Shown: piece by piece, positions 28,352 through 40,084 of the stretch | Layout of the letters: the number at the start of each line of letters is the position of its first letter | Numbering within the stretch: position 1 is the first letter of the stretch | Source: Chara braunii | Taxonomy: Eukaryota > Plantae > Charophyceae | Length of the DNA stretch: 64,000 nucleotides | Assembly: GCA_003427395.1 (NCBI GenBank) | Contig: BFEA01000007.1 | Location: forward strand, 6,479,957-6,543,956 | Direction of reading: 5' to 3' | Notes under the pieces: generated by a model | What the model was told of the DNA's origin: nothing | The model's database searches: none | Seen by the model: only the letters and a program-made list of their open reading frames with translations | Position numbers and translations under genes: made by a program

Positions 28352-30102
28352 TTACCCAGTTCTTGGCCATAGATCGCGTTGTCTCCTCCAGTTTTGGATA
28401 CTCTTCCTCCCGGATCGGAAGCCTAGACAAGCCGTTAGCGACCTGGTTTTTAGCCCCGGAGATTCTTTTGACCTATAATCGTAGAGCCTAATGTGGATTA
28501 TCCACCTCCCAATAGTCGGGTCGGTCAGTGAGAAGTCCTTTTGGAGGACAAGGGCTACCGCGGTTGGGTCCACTCTCAGGAGGAACCTTCTCTCGTAGAT
28601 GTAGTGCCGAAAGGTTTTTAGGTAGTGCAATACCCCTAACACTTCTTTCTTGAACTGACTATAGTTTCTCTCAGCGGGGTTCAACGCCTTACTCTCAAAT
28701 TGCAGGGGTCTTTCTTTCCCATCCTGATCCTTTTGTGGAAGAAGTTCTCCTACAGAACATGACCCTGCGTCCGTAGAAACTACAAACGGGCGGTTCTCCT
28801 CGTCGTGGAAGTATGAAACGCCTAGGACTTGCCCTCCCTCGCGAAATTCCTCCTTGAGAATCTCCATAGCTGCGGCCTGATCGTCTCCCGAGACCCAACC
28901 TTCAACTTTCCTAAGCAGCTTTCTAAGGGGTTCCGCCTTCTCACTGTAGGATTTTATAAAAATCCTCCAGTAGCCCACCACCCCTAGAAACTGTCGCACC
29001 TCCGTGATCGATTTTAGCGGTGACGGCCATGTCATTAACTTTCCTAGTTTCTCAGAGTCGGGCCTCCGTCCGTCCCTGTCACTTATGAACCCTAGTATCT
29101 TGATCGAGGATACCGCCCGACGACTTTTTGTCCCACTCACAGTGAGGTTCGCATCGTCCAGTTTTTTTAGCACGCTCCTCACATCCGTCATGTGATCTAC
29201 CATGAATTTTCTGACCCCCGAAAAGACCTCCGCCTCATCCTTTTCAACCGGCCCTTTGATCGGGAAATCATCTAGGAAGACCTCCACCTTACCCGGAATG
29301 AACTCCTTGAGAACGGAGGTCATGGCCCTTTGAAAAACGGCTACGTCGTTGGTCCATCTCATAGGTACTACCATCATCTGCACCAACCCTAGGGGTGTGT
29401 GCATCGTGGTCATATGCCTCTCCCTATAATATAAAAGGATCTCGTCATATCCCGAGAAGAGGTCGCAGATCGAGTAGATGGATCGACCTGCCGACCCGTC
29501 CGCCAAGAGATCTACTTTCGATATTGATCCTATGTCCCTTATAGTAACCGCGTTGGTCTTTCGGAGATCCTGAATCCACCGAAGCTTGTTACTACCCCCT
29601 TTTCTAATGAAAACCATTTGCTGGAGTAGGCGCTATCACACGGCTCGGCCACGAAAGTCCGAATCTTTTCTTTTATAAAGGTCACGATTTCCTCCTTTTC
29701 CTTTTGGGCGTACTTCCACGGGGATCTATCTTTCCATGGAACGTGGAGGACAGTGCGGATTCTCGCGGGTTTGGCATACCCAGGGTCTATCCTCCCCCTT
29801 TCCGAATCATCAAACGTTATTACCTTGTCACAACCCCTAAAGATTGTGGCTATATACCTTTTTTCCTCGAAGGTGAGGTTCCCGTCCCCGATGTCCATCT
29901 TTGCCAACCTATCCGCCGTAATCCGTTGCCCCTCCGTTGCCTTCCGCTCTCGAATGACCTTTGCTATCTCCTCTTCCGATATCGTGGCTTCCCCTGTCCT
30001 GTCCTGGTTGACCGCGGCGGATTTTACTTTAACCGCCACAGTTTTATGCTTCCTACCTCCGCCGGCTAGAGGGATTCCCCCCAAAAATACAATCTTACGC
30101 AT
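28352..30102 (-). pseudogene. pol: Reverse transcriptase + RNase H, frameshifted near 29610
   Basis: LRWIQDLRKTN, DLFSGY, VFLDDF, VRQFLGVVGYWRIFI, STDAGS, ERNYSQFKKE. Confidence 0.95.
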
Positions 30103-30164
30103 CCACCAAATTCCTCTCCTTCATCCTCCTTTTCGTATCCGACTCCATTGATTATTATCCGGTC

Positions 30165-31552
30165 TCAAATCTCCTCGACTTCTACCCGACCGCCCGAAGG
30201 TTCCTTCTTGGAAGAGGGCGACTCTTCTAGGCGAACCTGGCACACCAATGACTGGACTTCTCTCCTCCTTGAAACATTGGTGCGGTTCTGCTCGTCATGG
30301 GCATCCACTGTCCTTAGGACCACCTGGATTTCGTCTAAACTTTGGATCGAGAGAGTTTGGCTTCCGTCCGGAAGGTCGACCGTGGTAATGTGGACCGCGC
30401 TCAACCATGTCCGACCAAGGATCAACTCTGACAAACACTCTTTTACAGAGAAAATTGGAATGGTAGTCTCTACCCCTGCGACCTCAATCACGGGGTTGTG
30501 GCAGACCCCTTCCGCCAGTTGAAGCTTGTTATCTGCTACCGCCATTGACATGGTGATTTCCCTATCCACTTCCAGAACCAGCTTCCTCGCAATGGAATCT
30601 CTACACACCGTCGATTTCGATCCAGTATCCACTAAGGCTCTCATCTTCTTCCCACTCACCACAGCTTGGAGCTGGCCACTTCCCAGTACATAGAATCTCT
30701 TGGCCTCTTCTTCCGAGAATAAATTTGTCGGCATCTCCTCCATGGTAATTCGAGAGGCCTGCACCTCCTCCTTAGCAGGTCCTTCCCCTAGAACGGTCAG
30801 CCCTCCGGTAAGCGGAATCCTCACCTTCTTAGTAATGCTCAAGAGTTCGTCTCTGATATTTTTGCTCGCCGCTAAGTTCTCCAGAAGGGTACATTGCATT
30901 GGTTGCATTAGAGTCCTCCGCAAGGGCGCAACCATGTCTATCTCGTCCAAGGTGCACTTCATTTCGAACTTCTTTGGTCCTCTCTTCCTTGACGATTTTG
31001 GTGATGTAGGATCTTCCCCCTTTCTTTCTTTCGCGGCTTTCGAGTCGACCATCGGTTGGTCATCGTCCCCACTCCTCTTTCCCCCGTCCACTATTGTGAC
31101 CTCCTTGCCTTTGGACGGCCCGACCCCCACTTGGGTCCTTACTCTTAGGCACGGTTCCTCTTCTTCAGACTTCCTCTCTACGAACTTGATGCTAGAGACT
31201 TGCGGCTCCCTTATGGACACACCACCCTGCGATTCCGTAATTTGGACGCGGGATGAGCTGTAAGCCCCGCCGACCTCAGGCTTCTTTCCCAGGCTTGCCT
31301 CTTGTAGGGCAATCCTCTTGTCCACATTTATTTTCATCGCGGGGTAGAAGGAGACCGCCTCTCCATCATCTCCCCACACGGCCAACTTATTCTCGTTCAA
31401 CTTTACCACTCCCAACCTTGGGGCTTCCGTGAGGTGAGGACATTCCCGCTTAATGTGACCATCTTCATTACAATAGACACACCCGCTCCGAGGCGGCGGG
31501 TTGTTAGGGCGAGGCCCCACTGGTGGCGCTGCCCCTATGGCACAAGCGGTTA
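30165..31552 (-). pseudogene. gag: Gag C-terminus (CCHC knuckle) + aspartic protease
   Basis: CVYCNEDGHIKREC; ALVDTGS...LILGRTWL. Confidence 0.93.
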
Positions 31553-31998
31553 TCGGGTAGCTGAAAATTAAGGAATGAAAATTCTGAAGTGAGAGTTTTG
31601 GGCAGTCTGAGAATCCTGAATAGTCCTGAAGTGGTAAAAGGTCTTAAGACCCTGAAAACCACTTATTTAGGTAAACTGCATTCTGAAGTGGTGAAGGGTG
31701 TCCTGAAGTGGTCAAGTGAAAGTCTTGGGCAGTCCGAAAATCCTGAATGGTCCCGAAGTGGTGAAAGGTTCGAAGACCATGAAAACCACCCTTCACCATT
31801 TGAGGATGCAGCCTGCCTAAACAGGTGGTTTTCAGGGTCTTCGGAGTTTTCACCACTTCAGGACCATTCAGGATTTTCAGACCTGAATGGTCCTGAAGTA
31901 GTGAAAGGTCTGAAAACCCTGAAAACCACCTTTTTAGGCAGGTTGCATCCTGAAGTGGTGAAGGTTGTCGTGAAGTGGTGATGAAAAATACAACTGTT
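31553..31998. mobile_element. 446-bp fold-back insertion in gag with 4-bp GTTA duplication
   Basis: gtta at 31549-31552 and 31999-32002; internal direct and inverted ~120-bp units (tcctgaagtggtgaa). Confidence 0.8.
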
Positions 31999-33572
31999 GT
32001 TAACCTTCTCTCCCCTATGGTCGTCGAAGGACCGGGCGGCTGCGAAGCCCTAGCCTGGCTTACCTCCGACCGAGCCCCCGTGGCCTTGGGTTGGAGAGGG
32101 TCTCCCCACCTTCTATCTCTCACGTCCTTCCAATGGGAATTCCCCAAATTAGGGCCCCGATGTCCTCCAATTTCTCGGTCATTTCTCCAATTCCCCTGGT
32201 TTCTTGTTGGTCCTCCTCCCCAACGTGGGCTGGGGGGTCCCGGTGGCGGCCTATCGTTGTCGCGAGGACCGTCGTTCCTTTGGGTGCGTATACTTCGGAG
32301 AGCCATGTCAAGGCTTTCCTTCATGTATTCCCGGACGTCTACTCCCCCTCCCGTAAAGACGACCTCGGCGACCTTCTCAAAATTCGTCGAGTCCCTGGGC
32401 CCCTTCTCGAGGATTTCTTTCCTCTTTTCCTCGGGTAGGTGTAACATAAACATGACACACCTATCCACTTCAGACAGCATCCCCCAATCTACCAAGGCTT
32501 GGGATAGGCGCTTGAACCTTCTAGTGAAGGCCACCAAGCTCTCCTATTCCCCCCTTGATACCCGGCGTAGCCCTTCTATTGTCGGAATCAAGTCATCGCA
32601 AGCGAAGGTCCGCAGAAGGCTACTCTTGAAGGTGTTACACCTCCCATCTATCGGGTATATTACCCTAATGGCCTGATCCAGTTCGGGATCCGAGTGCTGT
32701 ATGAAGTGGTCGATCCACTCCTTTTCTGATAACTTCTTTCGGAATGCATAACTTTCTCATTTTTCGACGAACCTCGTCACATCTCGCCCATTAAAGTAGA
32801 GTGCCTCGAGGCCCAGGTGTACATCGTAGTAGGGGACTCGTCGATCGTTATATCGACAGAAGTAGGGGCCTTCCGCTGGCCCGTCTAGTACCGGATCGTA
32901 GGGCTTGTACCAAACGAGGACTAGTTCCTCCATCTGCGATCGAGCCCCCGGAGGCCCCCAGGGTTCCTCCTCGTGGCGGCCTCTATCATTTGGTTTTTCA
33001 CGTTCCCAACGCGCTGGTCCTCGGCCCCTACACCCCCTCTAGGTGTCTCTGAACCCCCCCACATTTCTCCCTATTGCTTCCTCCATCATCCATGTAGGGT
33101 TCGTTTCTCGCCCGGGTCACCTTCGCGGTCCTCCGCCAGTCTTTCTCCGTTGCTCCTCTCCCAATTCTCTCCTTCTTAAGCTCCCCTCTTCATCCCTTCT
33201 AGGTGCCCAACATCCCAGCCTTTCACGCGGGGATTTTTGCCCCTCTCCGGCTCTCTCTTCCGCGTCCTCTTGATCTGCCCATCGGGTCTCAACAAGGAAG
33301 CCCTTCGAGGCCTCTGTCGTCCTTTCTCTCACTGGTACTCGCGGCTTCACCTCCCGGTGCAGACGTTTCTCGGTACTTGTTCGCTGCCTTGCGGCTCTTT
33401 CTCCGAGAGATATTTCCGGGCTCCTTACGGCCCTACCCATCGCCTCCATCCCTTCGGTCACCCCCTCGGTTGCCTTGCTTAACCTCGCTCCCAATTCGGT
33501 ATCTTTCTCGCCTTGCCCCATGTCAGTGGTCTCAGGTGGTTGGTAGTGTCTGGGGTCCACCTCACTCTCCAT
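31999..33572 (-). pseudogene. gag: Gag N-terminal/capsid region with in-frame stops
   Basis: FNGRDVTRFVEK...ESLVAFTRRFKRLS; in frame with the 30165-31520 ORF once the 31553-31998 insertion is removed; start uncertain. Confidence 0.8.
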
Positions 33573-34434
33573 GCACCCTATTGCTAACTTCTAGTCGCCC
33601 TCCTCGCTAGTGTCACTGTCCCGTTCTTGAACTTTTTTCTTCCTGACTTGACTCTCGATTTTCACTGTCGCCTGCAAATTCCTTGCTAGTTACGGTCCAC
33701 CAAGAGTCGCGCACTCGCTTCTCCTTGCAAGCTGCTAGCGCGAGATTGCCAACCTCAAGATTGAAAATACTCCTAATGCCTTCTTGAAAACACCGTTTAA
33801 TCAACTCTCTATCCACCTCTCTGGCCTGCCCTCGAAACAAAGGTTTGATAAATTCTCTGAGTAACGCCCACCACTCGAAGTCAGTATCTTCCAGCGATTC
33901 CTAGCATCGGGTGAACAACTCGGAGCCCTTCTCCTCTCCTAGGGGGAATTTTTCAGTTACCTGCCCCCTATTTTGAACCCTCCTCACTGCTACGTCATTG
34001 GGGTAGAGCAACCGGTAGTCCCAAGTAGGGATTTCCCAGTCCGGCCGTGAGCCGCATGTGGAATCTCTAGCCTTCCCCGGTATTCGACCTGTCCTCCACA
34101 CGTTCTTCAGCGGGGCCCCCTCTCAAAATTCTAAGCCAATCCAGCGCTCTTTTGGCGATGTCCAGGGGGTCTTTTCCTTCTGCTAATTCGGTTGCGAAGA
34201 CTTGTCTGTCGTAGTGAGACAGGAAGATTTCGGCCTTCCGCGTGCGAGTACCTCTTTCGAAAACTACTGAAAACCGAACAAGCGTCTCTCACCCGTAGAT
34301 CTCAAAGAATTCGACAACAGTCTCTCCCTCCTCTCTACTCTTGGAGAGGGTTACTCCATACCTACCCCTCGACTTCAAGGCTCGTTCCAAGGTTCCGACA
34401 GGGTTCCCCCTATCATATCTAATCATTGACAATT

Positions 34435-35029
34435 TTATCTTACCTGCGCTAACCTCTCGGCCGCCTCCGCCAACGAGTCTTCAGACCTCTCTCGAGCGCC
34501 CTCGCCTTGATCGTGTATTGCTTGTTGCAGGGTTTTTTCGTACTCCTCCTCGAACTTTCTCTCGACCTCTAGCAGCGGTTCTCTTCGCGTCCTTTGGAAC
34601 CGCACCCCTCCTGCCTCACTGACAGAAATCGAGAACCTTGCTAATGTGGTCCAGGAACTCCTTTTCCACAAGGCCAATCGCCGGATTTCAACAAGGAATT
34701 ATTTTTTTGCTCGAGCCGTCTCTCCCCAAGCCCCATAGCTAGTTCCGCACCTCCTTCTACCTCGACCTCAAACCCGCCGTCCCGAGTCTCCAACTCCCAA
34801 GTTATCGAATTTGAGCTAAAGCTCGCTCTCATACCTATCTTTCTCCCGAAAGCAGCTCCTCCTTTAAATCGTTGAATATCTTAACCGTCGATGTCTCAAG
34901 GGATTTGATCCGGTGTAAAGATCCCGGTCTGGCTCTCCTTTTCTCTTCCCAGCAGAGAGTCGGGATCCTATACAATTCCGCCCTCACCCTCTCTAGGCCC
35001 ACTAGTTCTCCTTCGTCAGGTTCGCTCAT
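34435..35029 (-). pseudogene. Decayed accessory ORF(s), Glu/Leu/Arg-rich
   Basis: Chained frames 35029-34835, 34832-34641 and 34677-34435. Confidence 0.45.
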
Positions 35030-35480
35030 GCCTCAAGTTCCTTCTCCGACATGCAATAGCGACCCGAATGAGATCCGAGGGGTCTAGCCCTTCCAAGCCT
35101 GCCTCACAGATTTCCCCCAAGTATCTCCACGAGACGGACAATACCCTCACGTTTCGACCCCAGCCTTCGAATGCGTAACCGAAGTCTTCTAAGGAGGACC
35201 CATTGTTCTGATGCGGATTGTGCAAACACCAAAACAACAGGGCGTACAAGTCTGACTCGGTGAACCGAAATTGATTCAAGATTGAGACTCTACGTTCCAC
35301 CGCTCTTTTGACCGCATCGGAGGGGTAGACTCGCTCGAAGATGAAGCGGGGAACTTCCACCGGCTGGCTGGTAATAAATAGCGGCACCTCTTCCCAACCT
35401 GCGTACTCCACTCGATACACCCTTTTGTACTTCTGGCGAGGCCTCACTTCCCCGACTATGCTCTCTAGACGACGTCTCAT
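35016..35480 (-). CDS. Accessory ORF (154 aa; PxF[VI]F...C motif family)
   Basis: ATG 3 nt after the previous stop; PRFIFERV...FTESDLYALLFWCLHNP. Confidence 0.65.
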   Translation of the reverse strand: MRRRLESIVGEVRPRQKYKRVYRVEYAGWEEVPLFITSQPVEVPRFIFERVYPSDAVKRAVERRVSILNQFRFTESDLYALLFWCLHNPHQNNGSSLEDFGYAFEGWGRNVRVLSVSWRYLGEICEAGLEGLDPSDLIRVAIACRRRNLRHERT

Positions 35481-35483
35481 GGC

Positions 35484-35768
35484 TCACGCGTTTAAGAGAG
35501 GGTCCTCCCCTAACTTCAGACTTTGAATTACCTCGAGGAGTCCCTCCTTCGAGAGGAAGATCTTAGCTTCCCCGATCACTAAGCCTTTTTCAATACCCAC
35601 TGTCAATCGGACAAACGCCTTTTCCTGGCGGATTTCGGACACTTCCGTTAGAACGATTCGTGTTAGAACTTCCAAACTTGCCTTCGGTAGTGTGACGCGA
35701 ACGACCACTCCTGCCTCCTCGATAGGCTCCACCGAGGCCCAAAGGGTCCCCGGAATCCTTCTTATCAT
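35484..35768 (-). CDS. Accessory ORF (~94 aa)
   Basis: TGATG stop/start overlap at 35770-35766. Confidence 0.6.
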   Translation of the reverse strand: MIRRIPGTLWASVEPIEEAGVVVRVTLPKASLEVLTRIVLTEVSEIRQEKAFVRLTVGIEKGLVIGEAKIFLSKEGLLEVIQSLKLGEDPLLNA

Positions 35769-36031
35769 CACCTCGTCTGAGGCTCGTACCCCCTACGGTT
35801 TGTTACTTGTTCTTCCCCGAAGAGACGAGCGTAGGGGACGTCAGCGACGTGTGCCCTTACTCCTTCGAACTCTCTCAATCGCTCCAAAATCCCCAACAAT
35901 TCTCTCTCTCCCGGTATTTCCGAGTCCACACACCGGGTGTAAAGCCAGAACAAACCCAAAGTTCGGACCCCAAACCGATGGGCAGACCGGAGCACTTCTA
36001 CCACCCTCTCTTCTGAATCTCGTAGGAGTGT

Positions 36032-36412
36032 TCATGCCAAAAAGTTTGGCAGAGCCACGTGGAGTACCTTCGAGGCGTGGGGGATTTCTCCCGGTTCAGC
36101 AAACGCCACTAGTGTTGATAATTCGAAGGTGCCTTCCTCGTAACCTTTCAGGACTAAGTCGTTAGTCACCTGCCTAGCCAATTCTCGGTACCCCGTGTGT
36201 ACCTCCCGGTCGGTGACCAATCCCCTCCAGACCTCGGTCCACGAATCGTCGTCCATAAAAATTGTCGCGTGTATCTCGAGAAACCTGCCGATATGCGGCG
36301 GACTACCCCTTCGCACTCCTTCCTGCCACGTCAATCTACACGCCCTAACCCACACGTAAGCGCCCTCCTTAATTAATCCCCCCTTCTCATCACTCATACA
36401 ATAAGGTGTCAC
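36032..36412 (-). CDS. Accessory ORF, 5' end probably frameshifted
   Basis: Globular-looking 126 aa; its stop overlaps the next ATG (ATGA). Confidence 0.55.
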   Translation of the reverse strand: MTPYCMSDEKGGLIKEGAYVWVRACRLTWQEGVRRGSPPHIGRFLEIHATIFMDDDSWTEVWRGLVTDREVHTGYRELARQVTNDLVLKGYEEGTFELSTLVAFAEPGEIPHASKVLHVALPNFLA

Positions 36413-36591
36413 TCGAGGGTCCCCCGGGACCAGGATTTGGCCCCCCTCACTGGCCTCTATCGTTTCGATACCTCATTGTTGCTAAGAGCGAATCTGACCA
36501 TCTACCACGGCCGTCTGAACACCCACTCATAGTAGGTCTTCGGGGAGAGGGTAACAAACTTCTCTAGGGACCCAAGCCTCCTATAAATCCC

Positions 36592-37164
36592 CTAGAGCTT
36601 TGTTCGAGGAGGGGCCTCATGGCAGATACAATGGGTGTAAAGTAGCCACAAGGGTCTAAAAGGCAAACCCAAACTCCTCCCTCTTTCTAGGAGCCTCACT
36701 ATCTTATCCTCGTTTGATCCTAAGAACACAAAACATGGAGTCCTTACGGTCACCGGATAACCCGCCCTTGGAAGCTCACCCTCCCGCGCGAATCTTTCCG
36801 CTTTTATCGCCACAAAACAAAACTCCTTCCGAGTCATAACTATCCACCTCCTTTTTACTTCTCTCACCTCTTGGAGCAATAGATCCAGCCCACCTCCTTG
36901 GCCTAAGACCAGGTGTACCACGATCCTCGCCCAAGCGGCTGGTTCGATGAAGATTATAGCGGTGACTTTGAGGCCTGCCCCTGTCGCTTCCTTCCTCACT
37001 TCCTCTAACTCTATCCACACAAAATTTTTCCCCGTAGTGACTTCTCCACCCTCCAATTTCCTCCAATTGGGGGCCTCCCCGTTACTCGGGACCAGGCTAC
37101 AAATCCCTCGCTTGTCTAAGGGGAACTTGACAAAACGACCGAGCTCCTTGTCAAAAAGAACCAT
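36592..37164 (-). CDS. Accessory ORF (190 aa; probably extended to ~36502 before a nonsense change)
   Basis: TGA-ATG junction; PCFVFLG...FRPLWLLYTHCICHEAP. Confidence 0.65.
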   Translation of the reverse strand: MVLFDKELGRFVKFPLDKRGICSLVPSNGEAPNWRKLEGGEVTTGKNFVWIELEEVRKEATGAGLKVTAIIFIEPAAWARIVVHLVLGQGGGLDLLLQEVREVKRRWIVMTRKEFCFVAIKAERFAREGELPRAGYPVTVRTPCFVFLGSNEDKIVRLLERGRSLGLPFRPLWLLYTHCICHEAPPRTKL

Positions 37165-37521
37165 TCATGATCTCTCTCCGATTCCAAACACCCTTTGGTA
37201 ACAGTAATCTCGCCCACCTTCATGATCTCTCTCCGATTCCAAAGAGATTCTCCTGCGAATCCGGTCGACCCTAACCACATATGACACTGGGTTATTTACA
37301 CAATAGGAGAAGTACCAATGGAGTGACTGAAAAGACAGTCCCCTCCTTCTCTCCCGCCTAATGGATTTTACGACCTTCTCGTACGAGGCCCCCTCCCCAC
37401 ACACTCTCCGGAAGACAAAGGACGGAAAGATGGCTTGGACACACCCCGTAGCGCAAGGGTACTCCTTGTCCCGAGCACAAGTTACCCGCAAGCGGAGCGG
37501 CAGATGGTGCCGAAGGGGCAC
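37165..37521 (-). CDS. Small accessory ORF (PxF[VI]F...C motif family)
   Basis: PSFVFRRV...FQSLHWYFSYCVNNP; stop abuts the next ATG. Confidence 0.6.
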   Translation of the reverse strand: MPLRHHLPLRLRVTCARDKEYPCATGCVQAIFPSFVFRRVCGEGASYEKVVKSIRRERRRGLSFQSLHWYFSYCVNNPVSYVVRVDRIRRRISLESERDHEGGRDYCYQRVFGIGERS

Positions 37522-37554
37522 TTCTTCAAAAACCTATTTTAGGATAGGCCCTAC

Positions 37555-37905
37555 TCACACCTCCCAATGATCCGCCCGATACCACCCTAGTGCCCAGTGG
37601 GTGATGTATTCCACCCAGGCCTCTTGACCCAAGTAGACTGTGCCTTCCGCACGAATCGCTGTTTGTCGGGCCTTCTGCCCGTTCCTAGGTTTATTCCTGG
37701 TCTACTGATCCCCCTCCCAAATTCCCACGACGAAACGCGCCCAGAGAAAAAAACCCTTCTCGAGTTCCACACCTTTTTCGTGCCCGACTAAATATCTCTC
37801 CGTACGATGGTCCAAAGGGACGTTGAAGCACTCTCTCTCCTTGTGAAGGTCGGCCTTCTCGATTTGGATTCTACCGTCGCCAATCGCTTCTACAATCCTA
37901 ACCAT
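37555..37905 (-). pseudogene. Small accessory ORF with an internal TAG at 37704
   Basis: ATG overlaps the end of the previous ORF; the frame stays open after the single stop. Confidence 0.5.
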
Positions 37906-38273
37906 GCCCTTCCCTGGCTTTGGACCACCTCCTCAATAATCCCTACTAACACCTTCCAACCGTCCGACCCGTCGAGGTAGGCTTCCAGTATCGTTGGGGC
38001 AGGTCGCTCTCCTCGCCGAAAGGTCCGGCAACCCAGCGTATAAAAATACCGAATCCCGAAATTTCTTGAAAGTTCCCTCTTTAGCTGAGCATGACCAACC
38101 GCCTCTTCCCAGCTATCAAGGAAGTCTTCCCCTCGATCCGTCCCTTCTTCCACATTGAGTGCTAGATCAAAATCTTCGGCCCATAGATAATAGTCGTAAC
38201 ACCATACGTCCACACCCCCACGACTACCCATGATAATGCCTGTCGGCTCAACCTCGATAACTCCTAGGCTCAT
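37890..38273 (-). CDS. Small accessory ORF of unknown function (127 aa)
   Basis: ATG 7 nt after the previous stop; strong protein-level similarity to the upstream ORF. Confidence 0.75.
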   Translation of the reverse strand: MSLGVIEVEPTGIIMGSRGGVDVWCYDYYLWAEDFDLALNVEEGTDRGEDFLDSWEEAVGHAQLKRELSRNFGIRYFYTLGCRTFRRGERPAPTILEAYLDGSDGWKVLVGIIEEVVQSQGRAWLGL

Positions 38274-38280
38274 AGGCCCC

Positions 38281-38631
38281 TTACTCCCCCACTATCTCCT
38301 TTACGATCGCGACCAGCACTCTCCACCCCTTTGATCCGTCGAGATACGCGTTCGGAATTACGAGTGCGGGTCGCCCGCCCCTAGGGTAGGTCCGGTACCC
38401 CAAAGCGTAGAAGTATCTAAACCCGTACCCCCTCACCTCAGCTCTTTCTATGCGAGAGTAACCGACTGCCTCCTCCCATCCACGAAGGAAATTTTCTCCT
38501 TGATCTTGCCCTTCCTCTACGTAAATGGCAACGTCAAAATCTCCCGTCCATAGACGAAAGCTGTAGCACCACACGTCGATTCCTCCGTAGGTACTCACAC
38601 TAGTCCCTTCCGGAACCGCCTCTAGGCTTAT
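38281..38631 (-). CDS. Small accessory ORF of unknown function (paralog of 37890-38273); start codon probably mutated ATG->ATA at 38631
   Basis: GGIDVWCY...DFDVAIYVEEGQDQGENFL aligns with the neighbouring ORF. Confidence 0.7.
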   Translation of the reverse strand: MSLEAVPEGTSVSTYGGIDVWCYSFRLWTGDFDVAIYVEEGQDQGENFLRGWEEAVGYSRIERAEVRGYGFRYFYALGYRTYPRGGRPALVIPNAYLDGSKGWRVLVAIVKEIVGE

Positions 38632-40084
38632 GTGCCCATCCTAATCAAGGAAAATCTCCTTCGTTGCCTTTACTTTGGTCACTCGAGAGACCACCCCTAC
38701 CCTGCAAGGAGAAGGCACCTGAGAGCCCAGCGGGATCAAATGGACCAGAGAAGGAACGTCGTCTCACTCGGCTACCCTCCTGTCCTCCCCCGCTGAAAGG
38801 TCCTCCCACTTCCAAGCATAGAAACTAGCCGCGAACACAGGTTATCCCCGAGGAAGGGTGGCAACCCCCTCCCCGTAGTCGGACCGAAGTCACACACCAG
38901 TGCCCTATGTCCCCCACCGAACCGACCTCTAGTCCTAAGTTAGCCTATCCGGCACCACGCCCCAACTCAGCCTACCTCGAGCGTGGAATTACCCGGGTCC
39001 CATGACTTTTATCTGCCTATCGATCGATAATCACTAGCCTACCTACTCCATCTCATTCTCCTCCTTGGATCGCGAACTCTTCTCACTTTGTTCCCTTCTT
39101 TCTCTTCTCCACCGTCTGACTCTTTTCTCTCTCGGAATCCGAATATTTAATCAGGGTTTCACAAAAAAAGGGTGGGGAAGCAGAGCTTTAGCAAGAGAGT
39201 ATCTCAGGTTTGGCCACTTTAAATACGTACCTTGCAGTCTTCGACTTTTTCAGTATTCGTTCTCGTAGTCGCAGTAGTCCTCGAGATCCGAGTCCGAGAA
39301 ATCGACAAGGCACCAGTCCACTCAAGACTCGGCCTCCGATTCCTCGTCCAAGGTACCCCACGTATCTCTTCTCTCTTCTTCCCGAATTAGTTCCCTACCC
39401 CTTTCGTTCTCTACGGCGGTTGAAGTTCCCTCGACCCTTTGTCCCGGAGCCCGAAGCACTACCCTCCTCGCCCCCAAGTCCCGAACAGCACCCAAGTGAG
39501 AACTTCGCTCCCTCGCGGGAGTCGCGTCCCATGCAGGTATTGTCCACAACCCGCGTGGGTCGAGAACAGAAAACCCAGCCCCCACTTGAGAAGCTCGTTC
39601 CCTTGTAGGAGTCTCGTCCCGTGCGGGCGACGTCCACAACCCGTGCGGGTCGAGAATATTAGGAAAACCCTTTTCTCTTTGGACCAGCCCTCTTGGATCA
39701 CAAACTGATGGCGTCCCTGGGCCCCCTCGAACCCCCGTTTCCTCTCTCCTCCTAGTGTCCACTATCTCTTCCCCACGCGCGGACCCACTCACGCAATTTT
39801 CCTTGACGACTCTTCGTCCCCCTCTTTGGTTGTTTTTCACCCTCATTTAAACCCAATAAGCAAACTGTTTTACCCTCTTAATTAGTGAATTTTTAGAAAT
39901 AAATGCACAAAAAAAATCACGTTGTCGAGCGCATCGGCCCTCACGTGAAAACGAGGGCCCTCTCGGCTATGTCACGCAGGAGTGTACCTAAAAACATAAC
40001 GTTTAGAGACAACTCGGGAACGATGCATACTGTTCCGCGAACCACCGAGACGGACGCGGTTGCTTCGCTCCTTCGCCGCTCTAG

